DNA of 64,000 nucleotides from Myxococcales bacterium (GCA_045863395.1 BTVJ01000002.1:192001-256000); one strand, 5' to 3'. Positions 46,619 to 55,960 are shown, counted from the stretch's first letter. The notes: generated by a model not told the origin, from the letters alone. A program made the numbers and translations.

Positions 46619-49600
46619 CGGTGCAGCTCGCCGGCGGCGCGTCCTCGCTGGCTCACCTCGAGTGGTGGGTCCCGGTGCTGGACGGCGGCCCCTTCTCCAC
46701 AGTGGACGTCTCCGTGGGCGCGGGCTACACCGGCGTGGACCTGGCGCCAGGCTGGTACCTGTTCCCGGCCTTCCTCGACGCGTTGCTCGTCGCCATCAAC
46801 GCCGCCCACGCCACCGCATACACATGGAGCTGGTACACAACGGGCGGCACGCGTCTGCTCCAGATCGACGCTGGCGAGGGAGACCCGGCCATCGCCATCA
46901 CCTGGTCGGCGTCCATGGCGGACCTTCTGGGCTTCAATTCGGGGAGCACCCCGCTCGGCGAGGCGCACCGAGCCGACACGGCCCCCGATGGCCTGGTGGA
47001 CGTGCGCACCGCCCGCTGGTGCGACCCGATGCCGCTTCGAGAGACCCACGTCACCCGCTACCGCTACGGCCGGCTGCACGCCTACCCGTGGGGGTCGGGC
47101 ACGGTTTACCGTCTGACGTGCATCTGCGACCGCGACGGCCTGACGCGCCTTCTGGAAGGTCCGATGCTCACGGGCCGGACCCGGGTGCACCAGGGCGACC
47201 TGGTGCACGCGATGACAGCCACCTGGCCCGGCGGCTACCTGGACGGGTACGTGACCCGGATCTCCAGCGACGACATGGACGGCCGCGAGCGCTGGTACCA
47301 GGTGGCGGTGGATCTGCTCGTGCCTCCTGACGCGGAGCGGACGACAGGTCTTCAGACGAACCCGCTCATCGAGGACACGTCCTTCTGGGGCTGGACGCGC
47401 TACGGGTTCAGCGTGGCGCACTACGCGAGGCTCCAGGGGATCCCCGTCGCGTGGAGTGAGCTGGACTTCGGGTGGTCCGAGTCGCACTGGACATGGACCG
47501 CCGGCCTCGTGCTCGACGGCGCGGGGCGCATCGGCTACGAGATCGACCGGCGGACTGGCGTGGGGCGCAGCGCATCGCTCAACTTCGGTCTGCTCGACCC
47601 GGACAACGCCTGGGGGCTGTTCCGTCGGCCCACCATTCGGCTCTACCTGGCCGAGGCGCTGGAGCACGACGACGCGGACGTGGTGCTCCAGGAAGACGCC
47701 ACAGCCCTGCCTTCGTCGGGGCGGGTCTTCCTCGGGTTCGAGGTCCTGGAGTACGCCAGCATCGGGGGTTTGCTCAACAACGTGCTCGAGGACGTCGACG
47801 TCAAGCGGGGCATGTGGGGCCCCGCCTACACCTACGCGGCGGGGGCCGTGCCGACATTCGCGTCAGTGACAGACGCCCCGGTGGCGTGGATGGGGCGGCA
47901 AGCCCGGGTCACCGCCACCCTGGTGGACCCGTACGGCCGACCGGTGGACGCGGCGCCCGACGGCGACCACAGCCGCGACGTGTTCCTGGGGGAGCTCGAC
48001 GGGGACCCCCAGTGGAGTGGCGAGGGCCGCTGGGACTTCACCGCCCACTCGCTGGAGCGGCGACTGACGCGGCCCATAGGCGCCGAGGTCTCCGGACGGA
48101 CCGTCGGCCTGAGCCCCGGTGAGGCACTCCGGAAGCGTCTGGTCTACGTGGAGGGCCTGCCCCTCGCCGTGGACATCAAGCTCTGGAACACCGGCGGGGC
48201 GTCGCCCGCGGTGGGCATTGGGGACGGCTACGGCGGCGCTATCGGGGAGGTGATCGTCGACGCGGACAGCCTCCGGTCCGTGGGCCAGATCGTCGACGCG
48301 ATCTGCCAGAGGGCCACGCACTACATCGGTGTGGAGTACGGGTACGCGACGTCAGTGTGGGCCGATCCCGAGGGGTGGGAGGAGCCGAGCCCGGGAGTCA
48401 TCACGGCGCGGATCGTGTCGCAGGGCGACGGCGCTGGATTCGCCGTGTTCTGCTGGCCCGCAGCGTCAGCCAGCGCCATTCTCAAGAGCACCCTGCTCAC
48501 CTGCCACAACTGGCCCTACGCGCCTTCGGATCAGCTCGGGGAGTCTGGGCGTATCACCATCGACACGAACGCCACGACCACTCCGGGCTACTACAGCGTG
48601 TTCGTGCGCGAGGCCGCGCCCGAGCTGGGGTCCGATCCGTTTCCGGCGAGCGGCTACGCCGTGGTCGAGGGGTCCGACGGCGACGAGCTCGTGCGCTACG
48701 ACCAGAAGACCGCGGTGAGTGGCGTCGCTGGCGGCCACGTCTACCGGCTCCGCGTGGTGGAGCGCCAGGTCGACGGAACGCCGGCGGTCGCGCTCAGCAA
48801 GCCAGACCAACAGGTACGAGCGGCGCAGAGGATCGCGGGCGCGGCCGGCGAGGTGATGCTGCAGGTCCTGCAGTCCTCGGGGTGGGGCATTCGAGGCACC
48901 TACGACGTGCTCCCCATCCAGGGCCAGGGCTACGGACTGAGCGACGACGTCATTGACGAGGCGTCGATCCTCGACCTGGCGCAGCCGCTCGGCCTCACCG
49001 GGCAGATCGCGCTGGTGCTGGGCAAGGAGTACTCCGCCAACAAGCTCTTCGGGGGCCTCCTCGCGTCGCGCTGGTTGTCATTCTCGCCGGTGTGCGGGAC
49101 TGACGGGCGGCTGCGCATCGGGCTGGTCCGCACGGACCCGGTGGTGACGCCCTCCGCCAAGGTGCTCACGGACGCCCATCTCATGGGCCGTCGGCCAGTG
49201 ACGCCGAAGGGCACGCACGTGGGCCCGACGACGGTGGAGATCTCGCTGGCCGAAGCGACCGTCGGCGAGAGCAAGGCGGGCAAGCTGGTCTTCCGCTCCC
49301 GGGAGGCCATCGCGGCCCGGACCGTCGTGAAGTGGGACTTTGAGTGGCACGGCGTCGGGATCATGTTCGTGAACGTGCTCGCCGTGCAGGTCGCGAAAGC
49401 GCTCCTCGACCGCGCCGAGCAGTTCATCGTTGTGGAGGTGACAGTCGGTCCCTGGCACGCCTGGCAAGCAGGCGACGCGGTGGTGGTCACATCGGACCAC
49501 CCGGGAATGTACGACTACGGGGCCGGGTCCGTGGGCGTGGCGGCGGTGTACGGGCGAGTCCTGGCAGCGCGGCGGGCCACGGACACAGCACAGGTGACGC

Positions 49601-49932
49601 TGGCCCTGCTCCTCGATGGTGCGCAGCTCCGGGGCGTCCTCTGTCCCGGCGTCCAGCTCACGGGGCGCCTCGACAACGTGATTGGGGTGCCGCCGACGCT
49701 GGCGCACCTGTACCGCGCGGGGGAGTCGGTCACAGTCTACACGCCCGGCAACACGGGCGCGCAGCGCGAGACCCTGACCATCACCGATAAGACCGGCGGA
49801 TCGCTGACAGTCTCTCCAACTCCGGCAGGGTGGGTGGGGTCGAGCAGCGTGCTCACCTACCAGGACGAGGACGCGGCCAACGGCCGGCAGGCCGCCTACA
49901 TCCACATCGACGACGGGTCGAGGCTGAGCTGA
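46615..49932 (+). CDS. Large tail tip/hub protein (~1105 aa)
   Basis: GTGA overlap; beta-rich; E...Y....V.RG-type modules; position in the tail module. Confidence 0.65.
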   Translation: MTVQLAGGASSLAHLEWWVPVLDGGPFSTVDVSVGAGYTGVDLAPGWYLFPAFLDALLVAINAAHATAYTWSWYTTGGTRLLQIDAGEGDPAIAITWSASMADLLGFNSGSTPLGEAHRADTAPDGLVDVRTARWCDPMPLRETHVTRYRYGRLHAYPWGSGTVYRLTCICDRDGLTRLLEGPMLTGRTRVHQGDLVHAMTATWPGGYLDGYVTRISSDDMDGRERWYQVAVDLLVPPDAERTTGLQTNPLIEDTSFWGWTRYGFSVAHYARLQGIPVAWSELDFGWSESHWTWTAGLVLDGAGRIGYEIDRRTGVGRSASLNFGLLDPDNAWGLFRRPTIRLYLAEALEHDDADVVLQEDATALPSSGRVFLGFEVLEYASIGGLLNNVLEDVDVKRGMWGPAYTYAAGAVPTFASVTDAPVAWMGRQARVTATLVDPYGRPVDAAPDGDHSRDVFLGELDGDPQWSGEGRWDFTAHSLERRLTRPIGAEVSGRTVGLSPGEALRKRLVYVEGLPLAVDIKLWNTGGASPAVGIGDGYGGAIGEVIVDADSLRSVGQIVDAICQRATHYIGVEYGYATSVWADPEGWEEPSPGVITARIVSQGDGAGFAVFCWPAASASAILKSTLLTCHNWPYAPSDQLGESGRITIDTNATTTPGYYSVFVREAAPELGSDPFPASGYAVVEGSDGDELVRYDQKTAVSGVAGGHVYRLRVVERQVDGTPAVALSKPDQQVRAAQRIAGAAGEVMLQVLQSSGWGIRGTYDVLPIQGQGYGLSDDVIDEASILDLAQPLGLTGQIALVLGKEYSANKLFGGLLASRWLSFSPVCGTDGRLRIGLVRTDPVVTPSAKVLTDAHLMGRRPVTPKGTHVGPTTVEISLAEATVGESKAGKLVFRSREAIAARTVVKWDFEWHGVGIMFVNVLAVQVAKALLDRAEQFIVVEVTVGPWHAWQAGDAVVVTSDHPGMYDYGAGSVGVAAVYGRVLAARRATDTAQVTLALLLDGAQLRGVLCPGVQLTGRLDNVIGVPPTLAHLYRAGESVTVYTPGNTGAQRETLTITDKTGGSLTVSPTPAGWVGSSSVLTYQDEDAANGRQAAYIHIDDGSRLS

Positions 49933-50933
49933 TGGCGAGCATCGAGACCACCTGGCAAACGGTCACGGGCCTGCAGCTCGCGGCTGGCGCGCCGTGGAGC
50001 CCGGAGCTGCTCGAGGCGCTGGGCGGCAACAACAACCTCCTGATCCGGCGGTACACCGCCTCCCTGGGGGCCGCGCACTTCCCGGCGCCGCTCACCCCGG
50101 CCTCGTCGGTGGACGCCTACGTCGACTTCCTGCGGTTCCTGGTGCCCGCATCCGCCGATGCCCGAGGGGTCACGGCTCAGATCCGGTGGAGGCCAGGGGC
50201 CGCGACGGACGGCCGGGTACGCATCTACTCCAGCGCGGATAGCGGCAAAAGCTCCGCCGATCTGGGGGTCGCAGGATCGGGCATGCAGTTCACCACGCTG
50301 CGCATCGACCCCACCGACGGCACGGATGACACCATCGTCTTCGCTGCCTCAGGTCTCGACACGGTGGTCTACTCGGTCGCGCTGAGCTGGGCGCAACAGA
50401 CGGGAGACACGGTGTCGTCACTCGTCCCACTCGCCAGCGGGGCATGCTACGTGAACACGACGGCGACCGGGGAGGCCGATCCGGAGACCGAGGCGGACAA
50501 GCCCGTCACCGACGAGCTGCTCAACCGGATGGCGCGGACTCCACGGATCCTCTACGCGGACCGGCGCGGCGTTGTGATGAGCGCCCACGACGATATGACT
50601 GCCACCCGTCGCTGGAAGGCCACGGGCGCGGCAGCACGGACCCTCGTGATGGGCGCGTTTCTCCCGACGCGCTACCCCGTGCGGGTGCGCTGGTACGTGC
50701 AGCCGGAGGACACGACCACGACGTGGAGTGTGCGGATCACCGACAGCCTATCTCCGTCGGTCTACGCGGAGATTACCCAGGCCAGCTCATCGGAGTCCTG
50801 GGGCGGCGTCACGTGGTACAAGGCGGCGAGCCCCGTGCTGCTGTCCCGCGGGGATCACGTCATCGACTGCGAGCTGGCGGCGTTCCCGGGCACCCTGAGC
50901 CTCAACGCACTGGTCGGGCTGGTGGAGGTCTGA
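49932..50933 (+). CDS. Tail-associated structural protein
   Basis: TGATG overlap; two A..P.(S/T).ELL...N repeats each followed by a beta domain. Confidence 0.55.
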   Translation: MASIETTWQTVTGLQLAAGAPWSPELLEALGGNNNLLIRRYTASLGAAHFPAPLTPASSVDAYVDFLRFLVPASADARGVTAQIRWRPGAATDGRVRIYSSADSGKSSADLGVAGSGMQFTTLRIDPTDGTDDTIVFAASGLDTVVYSVALSWAQQTGDTVSSLVPLASGACYVNTTATGEADPETEADKPVTDELLNRMARTPRILYADRRGVVMSAHDDMTATRRWKATGAAARTLVMGAFLPTRYPVRVRWYVQPEDTTTTWSVRITDSLSPSVYAEITQASSSESWGGVTWYKAASPVLLSRGDHVIDCELAAFPGTLSLNALVGLVEV

Positions 50934-50934
50934 C

Positions 50935-51489
50935 GTGGAGCACATCTACCAGCCGGACGCAGCGCACTGGTCGACCGACGACGCACCCGGCCCCACATCA
51001 CAGATCGTGCCGCACGAGGCTGAGGGCCTCACGCTATGGCCGCTGCTCGTCGACCTGTGGCAGTGTGCGGCGCTCTACGGCGCCATGGTGAGCCCGGTGC
51101 TGATCGGGGATCTCGGCGGGTCCATGAGCAAGGTGCGCGTCCGACTTGTCGTGCCAGGTCTGGCCACGCATGCCCAGATCTACGTGCGCGCAGTGGGTCA
51201 GGGCTCCGTCTATATCGAGGAGCAGACGTCCGGCTTTGCCCCCGGCTGGGCGGCGCAGGTGCCTTGCCAGGGCAACGGATCGAGCACATCGCTCGACGAG
51301 GCAGGCACGTTCATCGGGTCAGGCAGCTACGAGACTCCGACATCTCTTTTACAGCGACTGGCCCTCGTACCGGACGGGGACTCCCCGTTCTACTTCTTGG
51401 ACCTCGACATTTGGAAGGACGAGTCTCCACAGCTCACCGTGCTCAGCGTAGCACTCAGGCTTACCCGCATTGACCCCATCGTCGCTTGA
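50935..51489 (+). CDS. Tail-associated hypothetical protein
   Basis: GGAGG RBS; last gene before an intergenic promoter. Confidence 0.5.
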   Translation: MEHIYQPDAAHWSTDDAPGPTSQIVPHEAEGLTLWPLLVDLWQCAALYGAMVSPVLIGDLGGSMSKVRVRLVVPGLATHAQIYVRAVGQGSVYIEEQTSGFAPGWAAQVPCQGNGSSTSLDEAGTFIGSGSYETPTSLLQRLALVPDGDSPFYFLDLDIWKDESPQLTVLSVALRLTRIDPIVA

Positions 51490-51532
51490 CCTCCCCCGCC
51501 CTGCTTGCCCGGAAGGGATCGCGGATCGCGGC

Positions 51533-51582
51533 TTGACCATCTCGCAGACCTGCGCTAGCGTACAGCCTGAACAGACGTTCAC
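51533..51582 (+). promoter_or_regulatory. Candidate late promoter 3 with LexA-type box 4 at the start site
   Basis: TTGACC-N17-TAGCGT (51533-51561); 51566-51582 reads GTGAACGTCTGTTCAGG on the minus strand (16/17). Confidence 0.7.
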
Positions 51583-51596
51583 CTAACGGAGACACC

Positions 51597-51920
51597 ATGG
51601 CCACCACCCGGACGCACGAGCTCAGGACAGCCTACGCGGACGAGGAGACCTGGACCTCGGACGAGGCGTCCGGGTCCCTGACCTTTGATCTGGCGGATCA
51701 CCGCAAGATCGGGGTGGACGTCAAGCCGGCGACGGGTACGGTCGACGTGGCCGTGACCGCCGTGCGAACCAGGGCGCCAGGCGCAACGACCATCTCGCTC
51801 GCCACTGTGAGCGGCAGCAGCGGGTACGACGCCGTGTTCGAGGGACCGTGGGCCCTTGTCACGCTGGCGTGGTCCAACGCTTCCGCCGCACTGACCATCA
51901 ACCGCCGAGCATCCAGTTAG
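51597..51920 (+). CDS. Small all-beta virion accessory protein
   Basis: GGAG RBS; alternating beta-strand pattern; GPW..V.L motif. Confidence 0.55.
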   Translation: MATTRTHELRTAYADEETWTSDEASGSLTFDLADHRKIGVDVKPATGTVDVAVTAVRTRAPGATTISLATVSGSSGYDAVFEGPWALVTLAWSNASAALTINRRASS

Positions 51921-51929
51921 GAGGGTTCC

Positions 51930-52280
51930 ATGAGCACGTTTGCGGCGGACATCGCCATCGTCACAGACACGTCGGCGCGCAAGGAGCGGGTGCTCGTCAC
52001 GACGGCCGAGACGGACACCCACACTCAGGACATGCGGGGGTTCAGCGAGCTGTTGGCCAGCGTCGTGATCTCCAGCGCCGCGACGGTAACGTTCAAGGCC
52101 AAGGCGACAAACAGCGGAGCGGAGACCTCGCAGATCGTGGGCCCTCCCGCCGGACTCACAGCGACCGGCCAGGTCCGCATCCTGGGCTCGTGGAGGTCTT
52201 TGGAGATCATCGTGGCCGGCAACAATGGAACCGTGACCGTGGCCTTCGCATGCGCGGGGAAGGGCGGGGTGAGGGCATGA
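51930..52280 (+). CDS. Small all-beta virion accessory protein (possible paralog of the previous gene)
   Basis: AGGAGG RBS; D..G...L..V and GSW..L.I in a similar layout to 51597-51920. Confidence 0.55.
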   Translation: MSTFAADIAIVTDTSARKERVLVTTAETDTHTQDMRGFSELLASVVISSAATVTFKAKATNSGAETSQIVGPPAGLTATGQVRILGSWRSLEIIVAGNNGTVTVAFACAGKGGVRA

Positions 52281-53467
52281 AAGCGCTCCGGCTGATGGTT
52301 TTCGTGGTCGCGGCGACCGCGCTCCTGGCGGCGCCGGTGGCGGCACAGTGGACGACCTACTCGGGCGGGCCCCTCACGCTCCCGTCCGACGGCCTGCGTC
52401 TGCCCCCGAAGAGCGGCCTTGCGTCGGGGTGTGAGATCAGCGGCAGCTACCCCGCCGGCGTGCTGATCTTCGCGGCCGACGGGACGCTCTGCTACAGCAC
52501 GGTGGCAGGATCCCCGGCGACGTGGGTGGAGGTCGGCGGGGGCCCGGGGTCCACGTGCGGCGAGCTGGGCGCGCTGTGCCTTGAGGACGTGGCAGCGAAC
52601 CAGCTCTTCGTGGGGTCTGGAGATGGCGCGGGGGCCTGGACGGAGCTCGAGGCGGGCCGCGTCCTGTGCCGCAGCGCCATCGGAGACGTCACTGGCTGCG
52701 ATGCGAGCGCACTGAGGGCGATCACGGAGTACGGCAGCACCGACACCGGCAAGGGCGCCAGCCTGATCGGCACGGAGGACATGGCCGGCCACTACGGCAA
52801 CAACGACGTGGAGACCGGCCTGGCTGGCGCTTACATCGCCGCGGCGGCCAAGGTCGCCAAGGCCGACTACGGCGGGGCCGGCTGCGTTCTGGTCGGGACC
52901 GGTGCCGAGATGTACTCGTGCACCACGCTCACGAGCGGCCGGGTACTCGGAGACTTCGGCGCGGGGGTGACCGCGGGGACAGCCGCGGACGTGAAGACGT
53001 TCGTGGGCGTCGACACGTCCAACGACCTGGTGCTGGCTACGGGGATGCCGCTGGCCAGCGCCACCAACGTCAGCAACAGCGCCGCGATCTGGGACGGCAC
53101 CAACCGACTCCCCTACACCCGACTCACGGGCGAAGAAAACGGGGGCACCGCGACACTGCCATTCGTCTTCTACGTGCCGCCCGGCGTCAGTGCCCTGTCT
53201 GCGCTGCGAATCGCCACCGTCTGGAGCGACGCAGGGGCCGGAGCCAACTCGGGGGTCCTGGACTGCGTGGACACGACGGGCAGCCCGATCCTGACGAGCC
53301 ACGGCCTGACTGAGTCGGCCTCCTGGGCCTGGGAGAGCATTCCTGGCGCCGGACTCGGTGTGGGCACCTATACGGCGGGCGGGATCCTATCCTGCGTCCT
53401 CTCCGTAACAACTGACTCGGGGGACACCGTGGACGTCTACGCCATGAGCGTCACCTATCAGCGCTGA
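52277..53467 (+). CDS. Fibre/spike-like protein with N-terminal Sec signal peptide
   Basis: MKALRLMVFVVAATALLAAPVAA/QW; two VG.G.....L..GRVL repeats; GKGASLIG.ED..G.Y...DVE motif; C-terminal beta domain. Confidence 0.6.
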   Translation: MKALRLMVFVVAATALLAAPVAAQWTTYSGGPLTLPSDGLRLPPKSGLASGCEISGSYPAGVLIFAADGTLCYSTVAGSPATWVEVGGGPGSTCGELGALCLEDVAANQLFVGSGDGAGAWTELEAGRVLCRSAIGDVTGCDASALRAITEYGSTDTGKGASLIGTEDMAGHYGNNDVETGLAGAYIAAAAKVAKADYGGAGCVLVGTGAEMYSCTTLTSGRVLGDFGAGVTAGTAADVKTFVGVDTSNDLVLATGMPLASATNVSNSAAIWDGTNRLPYTRLTGEENGGTATLPFVFYVPPGVSALSALRIATVWSDAGAGANSGVLDCVDTTGSPILTSHGLTESASWAWESIPGAGLGVGTYTAGGILSCVLSVTTDSGDTVDVYAMSVTYQR

Positions 53468-53477
53468 AGGCGGCGCC

Positions 53478-54602
53478 ATGGGCATGCACCGCATTCTCCG
53501 CCTCGGCTCCCTCGGTCCCGACGTTCGCGCGCTCCAAGAGGCGCTGGCGCTCCGCAGCCACCCTCCGGGGCCCCTCGACGGCGTCTATGGCGAGCTGACC
53601 AAGGCCGCGGTCAGTGCCTTCCAGGCGGCCGGGAAGATCAAGGTCGACGGCGTCGTGGGCAGTGAGACCCGCGGCGCCCTCGCGGCGCGCCCGGCGCCCG
53701 CACCTGCGACACCATGCCCCCCCGCGCTGGACGACGGCGTGCTGCCCGAGGGGATCGAGGGGGTGTGGATCCATCGGCTCCAGGCCGCGATTGACCTGGC
53801 CGGGGACGTGGCGCACCTGGTGGCCGATCTCCTGGCCAGGCGGATCGGCGTCGTTCAGATCAAGGCGGCGGACGGCCGCTCCTTGATGAACCAGGCCCGG
53901 CTTGGCGAGGTGGTCACGGCCCTGCACGCGGCGGGGATCCGCGTCGTCCTGTGGTCCTGGGTGTGGGCCGTCTACTACGGCAAGGACGGCAGGCCCGAGT
54001 CACCCTACCACGCCAGTGTCGAGTACCTCGTCGACCAGGCGCGGGTCCTGGCCGACCAGTGCCGGCGCCACGGCTGCACCGGCGCCGTTTACGCCAACAT
54101 CGAGGGCGAGGGCACCTGGTCGACCAGCAGCGCCGGCACGTGGGGCCAGCGCAACATCGCGACGTTCGGTAGCCAGGCCAAGGCGGACCGGGCCATCGCC
54201 CAGAGGGCGGACGCCTACCTCCAGGCCCTGCGCGCGGAGCTGCCCGGCGCGCTCCTCGTCGTCTCCACCCACGGCCTGGCGTCGTCGCAGCGTCTCCCCT
54301 GGCGCGAGCTGTGCGAGGGGTCGGACGTCCTCGCGCCGCAGTGGTACTACCCCGGCGCCAAAGGTTTCGCGGAGCGTGTTCCGACGTCGGCCTCGGCCTG
54401 GCGCAAGCTCGGCGCCCGGCGCCTGCGGGCAAGCGGCGGGGCCTGGAAGGCGACGTCCAGCAGCAGGCCCGCGAGCGAGATGCCCAAGCTCCGCGCCGCC
54501 GTCCGCAGCATCGGCGCGGGCCCTGGTGTCGACCGGGGCGTCGACTGGTGGGTCTACGAGCTGATGACCGCGGAGCACCTCGCCGCCCTGGCCGGGGCGT
54601 GA
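53478..54602 (+). CDS. Endolysin: PG_binding_1 domain + GH25-like TIM-barrel glycosidase
   Basis: LRLGS.G.DVRALQ.AL..G.LDGVYG..T..AV..FQ..VDGVVG.ET; IKAADG, AAGI.V..W, ANIE, PQWY. Confidence 0.8.
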   Translation: MGMHRILRLGSLGPDVRALQEALALRSHPPGPLDGVYGELTKAAVSAFQAAGKIKVDGVVGSETRGALAARPAPAPATPCPPALDDGVLPEGIEGVWIHRLQAAIDLAGDVAHLVADLLARRIGVVQIKAADGRSLMNQARLGEVVTALHAAGIRVVLWSWVWAVYYGKDGRPESPYHASVEYLVDQARVLADQCRRHGCTGAVYANIEGEGTWSTSSAGTWGQRNIATFGSQAKADRAIAQRADAYLQALRAELPGALLVVSTHGLASSQRLPWRELCEGSDVLAPQWYYPGAKGFAERVPTSASAWRKLGARRLRASGGAWKATSSSRPASEMPKLRAAVRSIGAGPGVDRGVDWWVYELMTAEHLAALAGA

Positions 54603-54782
54603 AGAGGATGGCTCGGAGGTCCTGTTCCAGGTCGGACTGCGCAGGGCGAGCGACTGGGTACACGACGCGACAGTACCGGAGCATCCGGCAGGAACGGGGG
54701 GCGGGTGACCAAGGGCGCGAGGCCGTGATCCTCGCGGGGTGACAGGAGGGGCTGTGCGCCCCAAGGAGGACGGAGGTCATGG

Positions 54783-55001
54783 ATGGACGGCGGCACGGAG
54801 GCATGGGTCGGCGCGGCGGCGTTGTCCGCGGTGGCGGGGATGCTGGGGCTCGGCAGGATGTGGCTGCGCAATCGCCGCCAGGCATCCCGCGAGCGCGCCA
54901 CCATCGACCTGGTCAAGGCGGGGGTGCCGACGGGGGAAGTGCGGCGACTGCTGCGCGACACGGGACAGACGCCGGAGGCGGACGACTCGACGAGCGAGTG
55001 A
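54783..55001 (+). CDS. Holin candidate
   Basis: GGAGG RBS; single N-terminal hydrophobic helix followed by a basic patch; follows the endolysin. Confidence 0.45.
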   Translation: MDGGTEAWVGAAALSAVAGMLGLGRMWLRNRRQASRERATIDLVKAGVPTGEVRRLLRDTGQTPEADDSTSE

Positions 55002-55309
55002 TGGGCTGGAGCGCGTTCGTCGCTCTGCTCGCTGCGGTCGCCCTCGCTCTGCTCGGGAGTGCCTCCGGAGGCTGCGCCGCCACCGGCTCCGCCAGCCTTG
55101 GCACCGCCTGCACCCTGAGCTGGGAGAGCGTTCCCGGCGAGGCCCGGGTGACCGGGACCGGCGCCTGCAAGCTCCCACCTGGCCTCGCGGCCGTCGCGCC
55201 ACATGGCGCGGAGCCCCTGCTTGAGCTGACGTGCACGGCGCGCTCGCCCTGGGCGTCGAGCTGGATGCGCGGGGCGAGGCGGGCGGGACCGGAGGCGCCC
55301 GGCGACTGA
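55001..55309 (+). CDS. Lipoprotein, spanin candidate
   Basis: Hydrophobic N-terminus, SGGC lipobox-like motif, three further Cys; last gene of the lysis module. Confidence 0.45.
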   Translation: MGWSAFVALLAAVALALLGSASGGCAATGSASLGTACTLSWESVPGEARVTGTGACKLPPGLAAVAPHGAEPLLELTCTARSPWASSWMRGARRAGPEAPGD

Positions 55310-55310
55310 C

Positions 55311-55709
55311 CTACGACCGACGGCGCGGCGGTGCTCCCTGGAGCGCAGCCGCGCTAGACTTCCTGTGCAGCAGTTCACCATCTCGCCCCAGCGCCCATCT
55401 CTCCGCCAGCCTCTTGAGCCTCCTGACGGTGGTGTCCAGGTGCTCGGCGACCTCCGCCCAGGTCGCGCCAGCCCGGTGAGCGACGAGCGCTGAGACCGTC
55501 AGCTCGTAGTCCGCCGGCGGCCTCGCGGCGCGCACCGCGCGCCCGTCCGACGCGAGGCGCCATCCGCGGATCTGCTGGCCGACGCGGGAGAGGCTCACGC
55601 CCCAGTCCCGCGCCACGTCGGAGAGAGGCTCGCCGGCGTCCCGGCGCGTGAGAGCCTCACGCACCCGACCCGTGTCAGTGCGCGGGCCCTGGGTCACTCG
55701 TCCGTGCAT
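55311..55709 (-). CDS. Double-HTH DNA-binding protein
   Basis: GGAGGTGA RBS; AGEPLSDVARDWGVSLSRV and AGATWAEVAEHLDTTVRRL. Confidence 0.65.
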   Translation of the reverse strand: MHGRVTQGPRTDTGRVREALTRRDAGEPLSDVARDWGVSLSRVGQQIRGWRLASDGRAVRAARPPADYELTVSALVAHRAGATWAEVAEHLDTTVRRLKRLAERWALGRDGELLHRKSSAAALQGAPPRRRS

Positions 55710-55908
55710 CTCACCTCCACATGACGCTGGCGGCGAGCAACGCTAGCAGATAGGGCAGCCCCTGGCCAGAACCTGCCCCCACCCGCGCCGCTCACCAGCA
55801 CCAGGTCACAACACCGCACTACGGCTGGACGCCATCGCAAAATCCGGTGATCCATCGCTTCGCCACCGGTCAATCATTGACATTCTGGGATGTTACGACT
55901 TCAGAATG

Positions 55909-55960
55909 GCCAGAATCGCACTCTGGAGGCCGTCGGTTCGATCCCGATCAGCTCCACTGA
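55909..55960 (+). repeat. attR core (52 bp, 3' part of tRNA-Ala)
   Basis: Identical to 22298-22349. Confidence 0.95.

Larger units (their letters stand above)
22298..55960. mobile_element. Temperate siphovirus-like prophage (33.7 kb) integrated in tRNA-Ala
   Basis: 52-bp att direct repeats, tyrosine integrase next to attL, repressor/Cro switch, primase-helicase, terminase, portal, capsid, tape measure, endolysin; no sheath gene seen. Confidence 0.95.

Noticed and set aside
46615..53467. Diversity-generating retroelement or invertible tail-fibre cassette
   Set aside because: I saw no reverse transcriptase, invertase, template/variable repeat pair or flanking inverted repeats
54608..54742. 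44-aa ORF between endolysin and holin candidate
   Set aside because: It has an RBS-like GAGG but no hydrophobic segment or motif; insufficient support
34967..55309. Gene transfer agent or tailocin rather than a prophage
   Set aside because: Integrase, att sites, immunity switch and replication genes are all present, so a temperate phage is the simpler reading
55909..55956. Second tRNA-Ala gene
   Set aside because: Only the anticodon arm to the 3' end is present; there is no 5' acceptor strand or D arm, so it is attR
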